A DNA stretch of 63,742 nt, counting the filler, from Octopus bimaculoides (lineage: Eukaryota), in the NCBI RefSeq assembly GCF_001194135.2. It is 6 parts of 4 records of this genome, joined end to end, with 100 filler letters (N's around TTAATTAATTAA, not from the genome) between each part and the next. Parts side by side here need not be neighbours in the genome. Positions count along the whole stretch, not along the records: positions 40,537 to 63,742 come from NC_068981.1; 5 more parts are not named here. The stretch is one strand, 5' to 3'. The notes below the pieces were generated by a model that saw only the letters and a list, made by a program, of their open reading frames with translations, was not told where the DNA came from and ran no database searches. A program made the position numbers and the translations under genes. Below, piece after piece: positions 52,379-63,742 of the stretch; positions within the stretch are counted from its first letter, which is position 1, and each line of letters begins with the position of its first letter.

Positions 52379-53170
52379 GGCAGTCGATAATAATGATTAT
52401 TATTTGTTGGTTCCATTGTGTCCATAAAACTTGTAAAGAAGACATTGTTCTCCTCGTATCTGTTTTGGTGCTCAATGGAGATTTTCCTTTCAAACGGTAA
52501 TCTCTTAAAACATGGCATATAAAAAGAGGATTAGGCAAGAAATCAATACATATGCCGAATTCAAAACATTTCACAGCAGAATGTTCCGTGAATGCAGTCT
52601 TTACTTATATTTACCACATAATGCTATGTAAATAAACCTTATAACTCAATGATGTTTGTTGTGTGTGTGTGTGTGTGCATTTATATATGTATATGTATAT
52701 ACACGCCCACTCACAACAGACAAAACGTTTTATGCAAATTAGAATAGTATATATGGTAGTAAATTCAATATGTAAAAAATAGGCATTGTGTCAAGACTAA
52801 AAATGTGAAGACTTGGCAATAACTTAGGCAATAACTCAAGCAAATTTTACTGTGAATTTATTGTTATAAATTAAATTGTTTATTTACTAATAAATAGCGT
52901 AGTTACTTTTATTCTAATAAATAGCGTAGTTAATTTTATTCTAATAAATAAATAAATAATTCAATGAAAATATATTAATTTATAAAAACTTAGCATTATT
53001 TACGTACTTTATATATTTTTTACGTATTTTAATTTTAAATTATTTAGACTTTAAAAATAACCAGACTTTAATATTTTTCCAGTAAATGGTATACTACAGG
53101 TCAGTTTTTATTATTCTGAAATACATGTTGTCATTTTATTAACTTAAATACGTACTTCTCTCTACCTTTA

Positions 53171-53429
53171 AAATAAATAAATGCGCCCTTTTAAAGCCTA
53201 GCCAGGCTCACGGGCCCGGTTTCCCGGTTTCAATGACGTATGTGTTCCCCAGCTGGACGGGACGCCAGTCCATCGCAGCGTTACTCATTTTTGCCAGCTG
53301 AGTGGACAGGAGCAACGTGAAATGAAGTGTTTTGCTCAAGAGCACAACGCGTCGCCCGGTCCAGGAATCGAAACCACAATCTTATGATCATGATGCTGAC
53401 ACCCTAACCACTAAGCCACGCGCCTCCAC
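53171..53429 (-). mobile_element. SINE family D, full length, perfect 14-bp TSD
   Basis: - strand ggaggcgcgtggcttagtggttagg (A box)..ggtttcgattcctgg (B box)..tail atttatttatttt. TSD tctctctaccttta at 53157-53170 and 53430-53443. Confidence 0.92.
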
Positions 53430-53821
53430 TCTCTCTACCTTTAGTGACGCTATATTTGTCACGTGATATATTTCTTATAAATGCTAAGTTCTACGCATTA
53501 CGTTTAAAATTTTATTTTCACAGAAAGTCGTCGATAAGATAAGTCATGCTTTTAATTTTAATTAATATTGTTAAATGTTCTCATTTATTTATTGTATTAA
53601 CACGGGTTTTACTATATTTATTTCTTTTCTTAATGGATGATTATTATTAGTTCACAGTAGTTATTCGATAAGATAAATTATGCTTTTACTTTTAAGTAAT
53701 ATTATTAAATGTTTTTCATTTATTTATTGTATTAACACGTATTTTTATATACATATTCATTTCTATTTCTAATTAATTATTATGTGGTAAGATACGTACA
53801 TTGACTTTTATTTTTATTCTA

Positions 53822-53928
53822 GACCTGATGAGTGACTATATTTTTAAATAGAATTAAATTTGGATCGATTTATTTTTTAATTGAATTGATTTTATCTGTT
53901 TTAATATAGCCACGAAACGCGCGTAGTC
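53822..53928 (+). ncRNA. Type I hammerhead ribozyme-like motif with intact core and long stem II insert
   Basis: gac 53822-24 | CTGATGA 53825-31 | Gtgactatatt 53832-42 pairing with aatatagccaC 53903-13 (10 of 11 pairs) | GAAA 53914-17 | palindrome ACGCGCGT 53917-24 | GTA, cleavage predicted after 53925 | gtc 53926-28. Confidence 0.75.
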
Positions 53929-55989
53929 GACTTATTGCTATTTACCTTTTATGCTCTATCAATTCTCTACTATTTACATTTTATACTTTATTGAATTCTT
54001 AGATTAGTATTTTTATAGTGTATTTTTATAGTGTATTTTTTTCTGGATGGTGTCATTGGGGGTCTTTCATTGTCTGAATTGTATAATGGTGGTACTTCTC
54101 TAAATTATATTTATATACATGTTGTGAAATTTAATTTGGTATTACTAAATTGAATATTCCTGTACGTTTAGAATGATATATTCCCTAATATTATTATCAT
54201 ATATATATATGATAAGTTAAAAACGTACAATAAATACACAAACAAATGGAAAACAGGCACAGAAGTTCACCAAATCCTCATCAGTTATTGACCAGAAGGT
54301 CAAATACAATTTTGCGCCTTCAACGATAATATTGATCCCTCTCGTGGCGCCGATAGCAAGAAGCCGCCAGGAAATGGCGAGCCAACGAACAAGGGACCAA
54401 ACATGTCAGAAAGTGAGCAAAGAAACAAAAAATAAACAAATATGCAATACAGAAAGTGAACATACAAATATGAAATAAATGTAATTCAAGACAGGACAAT
54501 TAATGGACGGACGAGGAACAAAGACAAAAAACAAACAAGAGCCCGTCGTTACCGGATTATTTTCACCATAGAACGCCTTTATTTCAATATTTGTTTTTTG
54601 TTTTTCCATGTCAGATCATGTCTTCCTCGACAGATAGAGCTCTTGCTCGGGACGGGTTTCTGTATTATTTGGGATAGTTTATAATGTCTTGATAAAGGAA
54701 GTTTCTTGTTTTTCATTTGGTGCATAGATTTTTCTTACTACTTACTCGTGAATATCCAACGTAAAACTGACCGTGGCAACCGAAAATGTTTGTCCTTGCG
54801 ATTTGATAATGGCCATGGTAAAACTAAGACTCACTGAAAATTGAAGTCGTTTGAATTGAAATGGAACATCGTCTCCTGAATCTATGCGCGTATCATCTAA
54901 TCGATACATCCTATACACGGATGTCTCCTGAGAACGTTGACGGAGTCTCATGTTCGCATATCATCAAGTCTATGCATTCTGTGTTCGTCTGTCTCCTGAG
55001 TTTTAAGCAAAAGAAAACAATTACATATAACATGTTATGTTTCCCTCGGACTGACTCGCAGAGATAACATAACGAGTTATACAATTTAATTATTACATTT
55101 ATTGTTCAATTACATACAAAGAACGCACTCACCCAATGTTCGTTATGAATAAACAAAAGTCATGTCCGCCATATATATATCAATGACATTTTACTACGAC
55201 AGTCCCACAAGACAACAACAATGAAACAATGAACTCAGACGAACCACATGACCGTCTTGGGTTGTCTGGTCCATACNNNNNNNNNNNNNNNNNNNNNNNN
55301 NNNNNNNNNNNNNNNNNNNNNNNNNNNNNNNNNNNNNNNNNNNNNNNNNNNNNNNNNNNNNNNNNNNNNNNNNNNNNNNNNNNNNNNNNNNNNNNNNNNN
55401 NNNNNNNNNNNNNNNNNNNNNNNNNNNNNNNNNNNNNNNNNNNNNNNNNNNNNNNNNNNNNNNNNNNNNNNNNNNNNNNNNNNNNNNNNNNNNNNNNNNN
55501 NNNNNNNNNNNNNNNNNNNNNNNNNNNNNNNNNNNNNNNNNNNNNNNNNNNNNNNNNNNNNNNNNNNNNNNNNNNNNNNNNNNNNNNNNNNNNNNNNNNN
55601 NNNNNNNNNNNNNNNNNNNNNNNNNNNNNNNNNNNNNNNNNNNNNNNNNNNNNNNNNNNNNNNNNNNNNNNNNNNNNNNNNNNNNNNNNNNNNNNNNNNN
55701 NNNNNNNNNNNNNNNNNNNNNNNNNNNNNNNNNNNNNNNNNNNNNNNNNNNNNNNNNNNNNNNNNNNNNNNNNNNNNNNNNNNNNNNNNNNNNNNNNNNN
55801 NACCTAAAGCTCAAATTTCGTTCCTGATTTTCAAATCCCGAACAGTCAAAATAAATCTGAAATTGGAAACTGCTAAAAAGATAAATAAATAAATAAATAA
55901 AGAGAAAGATGAAACTAAAAACTAAAATCATTTGTGTGCATGCGTACAAGTATCAAGCACATCTGTTAACTAACTCTGTGTGTGTGTGC

Positions 55990-56033
<44 letters not shown>

Positions 56034-56169
56034 CAAATTGTATAATATTTCTAAATAATTCTATCTGTTAACTGGTAAATGGTTCATAAGTAGCTGATAA
56101 CTAGTCAGACTAGATAATTTACTGTGGCAATCTTCTTTCGATTACCAATTGACTACTTTGCCCAACTAT

Positions 56170-56465
56170 GATGTGAGTGAGAGCAACATGCCGAACAAAA
56201 TGCTTTGCAGTATTTCATCCATCTTTATGTTCTGAGTTCAAATTCCGCCGAGGCCAACTTTAGCTTTCATCCTTCCGGGTTCGATGATACTTGAGCACTG
56301 ATGAGGTCGATGCAATCGACTAATCTCCTCCTCATAAAATTTCAGGACTTGCGCGACCCAGTGCTCGACTGGTACTTATTTTATCGCTCCACGCCCCCGA
56401 AAGGGTGTAAGACACAATTTATCACGGCGGTATTGGAACTCAAAGCATAAAAAACAGAAGAAATG
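56170..56465. mobile_element. Two degenerate family C SINEs tail-to-tail
   Basis: + copy ~56180-56345 (ttctgagttcaaattccgccgagg..ctttcatcc) is followed by a - copy ~56350-56460 (cccagtgc..ctggtacttattttatcg). Confidence 0.65.
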
Positions 56466-56492
56466 TCACCGAGTATCTTGTCTGACGGGGTA

Positions 56493-56539
<47 letters not shown>

Positions 56540-58284
56540 CGAATACAAAGACTTCACTGTCAATCTTAAAATCATTGCACACCTTATTTGTCTTTCGTTT
56601 TCCTTATATATATATNNNNNNNNNNNNNNNNNNNNNNNNNNNNNNNNNNNNNNNNNNNNNNNNNNNNNNNNNNNNNNNNNNNNNNNNNNNNNNNNNNNNN
56701 NNNNNNNNNNNNNNNNNNNNNNNNNNNNNNNNNNNNNNNNNNNNNNNNNNNNNNNNNNNNNNNNNNNNNNNNNNNNNNNNNNNNNNNNNNNNNNNNNNNN
56801 NNNNNNNNNNNNNNNNNNNNNNNNNNNNNNNNNNNNNNNNNNNNNNNNNNNNNNNNNNNNNNNNNNNNNNNNNNNNNNNNNNNNNNNNNNNNNNNNNNNN
56901 NNNNNNNNNNNNNNNNNNNNNNNNNNNNNNNNNNNNNNNNNNNNNNNNNNNNNNNNNNNNNNNNNNNNNNNNNNNNNNNNNNNNNNNNNNNNNNNNNNNN
57001 NNNNNNNNNNNNNNNNNNNNNNNNNNNNNNNNNNNNNNNNNNNNNNNNNNNNNNNNNNNNNNNNNNNNNNNNNNNNNNNNNNNNNNNNNNNNNNNNNNNN
57101 NNNNNNNNNNNNNNNNNNNNNNNNNNNNNNNNNNNNNNNNNNNNNNNNNNNNNNNNNNNNNNNNNNNNNNNNNNNNNNNNNNNNNNNNNNNNNNNNNNNN
57201 NNNNNNNNNNNNNNNNNNNNNNNNNNNNNNNNNNNNNNNNNNNNNNNNNNNNNNNNNNNNNNNNNNNNNNNNNNNNNNNNNNNNNNNNNNNNNNNNNNNN
57301 NNNNNNNNNNNNNNNNNNNNNNNNNNNNNNNNNNNNNNNNNNNNNNNNNNNNNNNNNNNNNNNNNNNNNNNNNNNNNNNNNNNNNNNNNNNNNNNNNNNN
57401 NNNNNNNNNNNNNNNNNNNNNNNNNNNNNNNNNNNNNNNNNNNNNNNNNNNNNNNNNNNNNNNNNNNNNNNNNNNNNNNNNNNNNNNNNNNNNNNNNNNN
57501 NNNNNNNNNNNNNNNNNNNNNNNNNNNNNNNNNNNNNNNNNNNNNNNNNNNNNNNNNNNNNNNNNNNNNNNNNNNNNNNNNTATATATATACATATCACG
57601 TATATATACGTCCAATGCCATTCCCTGCATATTTGGTTTTATATCAGAGTGACTTTCTCCTAGAGACATGCTTCAACAAAAGCTGAGTGGTCTTTCAGCA
57701 CGCCGGGCACCATCCCGGAATTTCTGGTACCCGTGCTATTGCTAGATAGCCGTTGAGCCTGCACTAGGTCCACCCGAGCTTTCAACAGGTCTTGTTTTTA
57801 ATCCTGCTGGGTTTCTAGCAACCCTTCTCACCAGGTTAGCCTGGTGGAGGTGCCAGTTCAGTCGCCGACAACCCGACCATGCAACAGGTTGTACTGGATT
57901 ACATGTTACCAGTAGCACTCATGAGAGCTATAATATATATATGTACACACATACTTACACCCACACACATACATTGTGTGGGTGGGTGTGCACACACACA
58001 CACACACACACACATACACACAATCATATGTACTAGCTGGATCCGTTAAAAATTCACGGAAATATAAAAAATGTAAGCATTTGTAAATTGTGTACTGGTG
58101 CCATGAGAAATGTTTCTATATTGCGACAGTTACAGAGTATAGAAATGCGTGTAAAACCGATAACTATACAATCCAACCAAAATATCTCAGTTACGTAAAC
58201 GTAAACAGAATTACTATTTAGCCTTAAAATACATCGTACATATTCAAAGAACCATCCTGGCTTCGTGGTACGGAACGTTCTTCC

Positions 58285-58485
58285 AGTATTCTTCTATTCT
58301 TTTACTTGTTTAAGTCATTTGACGGTGGCCATGCTGGAGCACCGCCGTTTAGTCGAAGAAATCGACCCCTGGACTTTTCTCAGTAAGCCTGATGCTTATT
58401 CTATCATAGCTATTCTGCCGAACAGCTAAGTTGCGGGGACGCAAACACACGAACATCACTTGTCAAACAATGGTGGTGCGGGATA
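58285..58485 (-). mobile_element. SINE family A 3' half, degenerate
   Basis: ttttacttgttt.agtcatttgac..ggccatgctggagcaccgcc..aatcgacccc..gcggggacgcaaacac. Confidence 0.75.
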
Positions 58486-59178
58486 TATATGTAGTGAATC
58501 TTGCAAGCTTGAAGTGGATTCGATCCACCATAGCCAAATTTAAATCAACACTTCAACAGAACTTTTCTCACGGTGGAACAATGGTTTTCCTGTGACAGCA
58601 GTTTTACATTTGCCAGATTGCCTTAGCTAGGTCGAAATAATGTCTTCACCACTTGACCCTTTCTAACCTCTTCTATTTCACCAAAAGCTAGAATAGATAT
58701 CACAGTACCACCAACGNNNNNNNNNNCTAACCTCTTCTATTTCACCAAAAGCTAGAATAGATATCACAGTACCACCAACGAAGCCCATTGTTCTCAACGA
58801 TATGTCTATCCTTCTGGATAGTTATAAAAGCAAGAACCCCAAGCAAAAATGAGTTAGTGACTTGGTGATAACTGAGTTAGTCGGCTCGTGATAACTCAAT
58901 CAGTTAATGAATGACAAACTCGAGTCAGAGACAGCTACCATCAGTTAGGGAGCAGAACGCTAGAATCATGGTCCAAAGCAAGGCAGCTACTAAAAACGAT
59001 GGTCAAATGGAGAAATGAAATTTATTGTCAGCAGCTATGAGGTCCAACTTCCCACACTCTCTCACTTTCACTAACTCACTTTGTCTTTTCTGCACATTAC
59101 CATATCTCTCTCTATGGTTTACTACTACAATACGAACACACAAACCGAAATTAACTTTTTTTACTTCGCACGCTCTAG

Positions 59179-59223
59179 GATCTTATAACCTGCCCGTCGA
59201 GGCAAGTTATATTCGATGTAACG
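59179..59223 (+). CDS. Candidate 45-nt symmetric (phase 1-1) exon
   Basis: Branch-like ttaac, then ttttttttacttcgcacgctctAG; GTAAAT donor; open frame (G)SYNLPVEASYIRCN(G). No recognisable homology. Confidence 0.3.
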
Positions 59224-62200
59224 GTAAATAAATATTTTCTTCACAACTTCAATCACTGTTCATTCATCTTTACATCATGGCTATCAACAAAGAACCAATC
59301 CTTACACATTGATTACAACTCCGACATTCCATCCTACTCTGTAATGACTATCGTCTTCCTACATTATTGTTTACTAATTAATCTCATCCGTTACACACAC
59401 ACACATGTGTGTGTATGTATATATGTATATATATATATATATATNNNNNNNNNNNNNNNNNNNNNNNNNNNNNNNNNNNNNNNNNNNNNNNNNNNNNNNN
59501 NNNNNNNNNNNNNNNNNNNNNNNNNNNNNNNNNNNNNNNNNNNNNNNNNNNNNNNNNNNNNNNNNNNNNNNNNNNNNNNNNNNNNNNNNNNNNNNNNNNN
59601 NNNNNNNNNNNNNNNNNNNNNNNNNNNNNNNNNNNNNNNNNNNNNNNNNNNNNNNNNNNNNNNNNNNNNNNNNNNNNNNNNNNNNNNNNNNNNNNNNNNN
59701 NNNNNNNNNNNNNNNNNNNNNNNNNNNNNNNNNNNNNNNNNNNNNNNNNNNNNNNNNNNNNNNNNNNNNNNNNNNNNNNNNNNNNNNNNNNNNNNNNNNN
59801 NNNNNNNNNNNNNNNNNNNNNNNNNNNNNNNNNNNNNNNNNNNNNNNNNNNNNNNNNNNNNNNNNNNNNNNNNNNNNNNNNNNNNNNNNNNNNNNNNNNN
59901 NNNNNNNNNNNNNNNNNNNNNNNNNNNNNNNNNNNNNNNNNNNNNNNNNNNNNNNNNNNNNNNNNNNNNNNNNNNNNNNNNNNNNNNNNNNNNNNNNNNN
60001 NNNNNNNNNNNNNNNNNNNNNNNNNNNNNNNNNNNNNNNNNNNNNNNNNNNNNNNNNNNNNNNNNNNNNNNNNNNNNNNNNNNNNNNNNTTGTTTACAAA
60101 TCCCTTATTGTAGGTTTAGTTTTGCCATTAGTGTGAATAAAATTCTAACGTTAACTCTATATTATGCAGACAGATTAACTTCGGTAAATTTGCGCTTTCT
60201 TTTACACTGATTTTTATTTTCTCCAAATGAACCATTGATCAGAACTACCGATACAAAAATAATTTATAATTGTATTATAAAAGAAAAGAATACAACTTTT
60301 TAATGAGAACCATGTGTCTGGTGCAATGCAGCTAGTGCAGATACATCCGATTTCAAATTTGTCAACTTTAGCCGCAAGTCTCCTCGTCATAAATTTAGGT
60401 GATTAAGATTCATCTGAGAGACTCATCTGACAACAACAAAAAATCAGAATATAGATATTTATATTTCTAAGCATTCATATCAAATTCTTTTACTAGTTTC
60501 AGTCATTGGACTGTGGGTCATAATGTTGTAATGCCTTCAAGGGTTTTAGTTCATCATTTTGACTACATTATTTGTTTCAATTTGCAACCTATTTTATCGA
60601 TTTGTCTTTGTCAAACTGCTATTTTATGGAACCTAGAGATGTACTACATAAACAACAACGACGGCTTTAAGACCACTACAAACATAAACTCAAATATTAT
60701 ATAGGTATACGTGTATTTTTAAAACAAACAAAAAGACTGTTACTGCATCGGAATGCACAGAGTTTCATAATATCCGGTTCTGAAATAAATGTCAATCTTC
60801 TGACTCTTGGAGAACATCAACTAACTGCTGTGAGAGTGAGAACGAAAAGCAAATTCTATTCACTTCTGTTTGGAGCATTCAAAGAATGCTGGAAAGAATT
60901 TAGTTGGTTTAAATTCATAAAGTATAGTGAAATGAAGATAATAGATAAATTTATTAAAAGGCTTATATTTCCAATGAAAACTCGACTTGTTAAATACTAA
61001 ACTCGAAATTAATGAAGCATTTAAGAGGATATATTATAATTAAGAATTTACAACTAAAATGGAAAAAGTTTCATGTTACAGTTAGATAGCAAGATAATAA
61101 ACCGTTAAAGACGCTGTAAGATTCAACCAATGAACTAAGATTGGCTAGATGTAGTGTAAAAGAATATGTGTAAGCCTAAATTCTCTGCATATATGCACAC
61201 ACACACACACATTCATTATGTGCAAATTCAAGGTGACTCTGTTCCATAAGATGAAATTACCTGGGTGCCTACATTTTCCGAAAGTCTCAGATTTAACATT
61301 TAAATATACAATCTTTATCTCACTTGAGCTGTTATATAAATATGAATGTATGTATGTATGTATGTGTGTGTGGGGAGGGGTGAATGACAGACTTCTTCAC
61401 AGTTTCTGTCTACAATGAGGCGTACTGTTGAAAAGGCAAAGTAATACAACGGATGTGATATCCTATAGATGTCTATGCGCAATTGAAAAAATGAAAACCT
61501 GACACTATTATATAGACGCGCTATTAGATTTATTGAATCTACTAATTTTTGACAGAGACAGACCAATGGCGAAATTGAATACGATAGAGTCAACGAAACG
61601 GTCTCTCCTATTTGGGAGACTACGTCTTAAATAAATGGAAGACTCCAAAGAATAAGAATAAAATGTTGATATGGACTGGATAGGTCTATAGTACGGTAAT
61701 TCACCACTTTTCTCGATTTTTTTAAATATCATCTCATCTGTGATACTTGACATACCCACACCTGACCACTCCATCTTCCATAAATATCTCTTGCCTTTTT
61801 TTTTCTGTTACAGGTCAGTTAATACATAACACATGTTACACGTGAAAGGATGCACAATGTTTATAGATGAGTAAATGTGAAAAATTTGTATATTTTAAAG
61901 CATAAACATCTGAGGTTAGCATCGTTGATGTTGATAACGTTATTGTTGTCATAGAGATTTAACATAACTTTACTTTATTAGCAACTTAGTTCAGTTTAGA
62001 TCCCTGACACAATGACAAACAAATTTGTGTATGTGCGTATTTGTGTGTGCGCGCGTGCATGTGTGTGTGAGAGAGAAAGGGAGAGAGAGAGAGAAGGAGA
62101 GAGAGAGGGAGAGAGAGAATGAGAGAGAGAGAAGGAGAGAGGGAAGGAGAGAGAGAGGGAGAGAGAGAGAAGGAGAGAGAGAGNNNNNNNNNNNNNNNNN

Positions 62201-62937
62201 NNNNNNNNNNNNNNNNNNNNNNNNNNNNNNNNNNNNNNNNNNNNNNNNNNNNNNNNNNNNNNNNNNNNNNNNNNNNNNNNNNNNNNNNNNNNNNNNNNNN
62301 NNNNNNNNNNNNNNNNNNNNNNNNNNNNNNNNNNNNNNNNNNNNNNNNNNNNNNNNNNNNNNNNNNNNNNNNNNNNNNNNNNNNNNNNNNNNNNNNNNNN
62401 NNNNNNNNNNNNNNNNNNNNNNNNNNNNNNNNNNNNNNNNNNNGAGAGAGAGAGAGAGAAGGAGAGAGAGAGAGAGAGAAGGAGAGAGAGAGAAGGAGAG
62501 AGAGAGAGAGAGAAGGAGAGAGAGTTGTGTGTGTGTGTGCATATACGTGTGTATGAGAGAGAGAAATATATACAGAGAGAGAGAGTGAGACGAAGAGGAG
62601 ACAGTGCGATAACCTCCAAATGAAAACTAAACTATATGACACTGTTTGACATCAAGGTCACCATGTGGGACTACAAACTTTCAGTTAGAAACAACAACAA
62701 TTTGGAAACCAATCAAAACATTGTTATCCACAATCATAACAATAACATTGATTTTATTATGTTTAACTAATAAAACAATTTCTATTTCCTTTATCGTTTT
62801 CCTTTTTTTTTTTTTCTTTTTCATTCTGGACGAATAAGATTTTCGGTTATTTTACCTTCCATCCATTTCCTGGAATGGAAAGTGTTTCTCTCAATCTTTT
62901 ACCTTAACCATATTTGTTATATCACTGAGAGTTAGCG

Positions 62938-63476
62938 TGGAGAAGAAATTCTCTCCTATGGTAAAAAGGTGTAAAAACACTATATCTGTCCAATGCTGCC
63001 CTCTGTTGGATTCCCAACGCATGTCTAACTCTTTACTCGTTTATTAATGGGGAAATACAGAAGAGAGGCAACTCTGGACAAACTAAATTAAAGCTGTGGC
63101 TTTAACTAAAACACCGTCAACAGCATTGACTGGGTTGCTCAAGTAGACCACTAACGCCAGGTCGGAAAAATTACAGCAGTATCAGCGCCAAGCAGTATTT
63201 AGGCATAAACAAATTTTAGGTTAGTTAAAATATGTTTGTGGCATATTTCAACTTCTAAAGGCAAATTCATTGCAGCTACCATGGAGAAAAAAATCTCTTA
63301 TAGTAAAAAAGGAGTAAAAACACTATATCTGTCCAGTGCTGTCCTCTGTCGGATTCCCAGATGCGTTTCTAGCTCTTTAGCCGTTATCAACGGGAAATAC
63401 TGAAGAGAGACAACTCCAGACAGGCTTAATTAAAAGTAGTAGCTTTAACTAAAACACAGTCAACAACATTGACTGA
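62938..63476. repeat. Diverged direct duplication (~195 bp units at 62938-63131 and 63282-63476)
   Basis: Shared blocks gtaaaaacactatatctgtcca.tgctg.cctctgt.ggattccca and gctttaactaaaacac.gtcaaca.cattgactg. Confidence 0.85.
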
Positions 63477-63742
63477 AACGTTTTTAAAAATAATTTTTTT
63501 TAAACCATGTTTTAAAAGTCTGGCCCTAAGCCCCAATCAATTTGCATCTACAATAGCAGTCAATATTAGATTTTTTTACCACTATTTTATTGTATTTCAT
63601 ATTCTGAAACATTTCTAATACGCATTTTAAAAAAATTCTCAACCACTACCCCTTCATCGTACCTCTCATGAGTAAAATGAATTTTATTTTTCGAATTTTT
63701 AGTTGAATGTATCGACCCTAATTTTTTTTTTTTTTTTTTTTT

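Noticed and set aside
22074-53429. tRNA-like A/B boxes at the heads of SINE copies
   Set aside because: They lack complete cloverleaf and acceptor stems and continue into SINE bodies, so they are not called tRNA genes.
58663-58780. Exact 54-bp direct repeat (58663-58716 and 58727-58780)
   Set aside because: The copies are identical and separated only by 10 N, typical of an unmerged contig overlap.
61508-61774. 88-aa - strand ORF and a nearby + strand acceptor-like site at ~61813
   Set aside because: No recognisable domain. The + strand segment after the acceptor has stops in all three frames.

Overview
This is repeat-saturated, gap-rich eukaryotic non-coding DNA. The SINE/LINE content and microsatellite load suggest an octopod cephalopod such as Octopus (inference from repeat content only). 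No intact protein-coding gene is visible. Most ORFs in the supplied track are microsatellite or N-run artefacts. Supported content: (i) four tRNA-headed SINE families (called A-D here), some with perfect target-site duplications and one hybrid copy; (ii) fragments of R4/Dong-clade RLE LINEs, three of them in tandem at (TAA)n tracts; (iii) a decayed L1/Tx1-type LINE keeping ORF1 plus the APE endonuclease start; (iv) three decayed mariner transposons; (v) a decayed Penelope-like element (PLE) ending in a ~450 bp inverted repeat; (vi) two weak candidate + strand exons. The most notable signal is three distinct hammerhead-ribozyme (HHR)-like motifs of the minimal, palindromic-stem-III type known from PLEs and retrozymes. 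Two carry unusually long stem II inserts. One (53822-53928) has an intact catalytic core in an AT-rich region with no recognisable ORF. All alignments and folds were done by eye and need computational confirmation.
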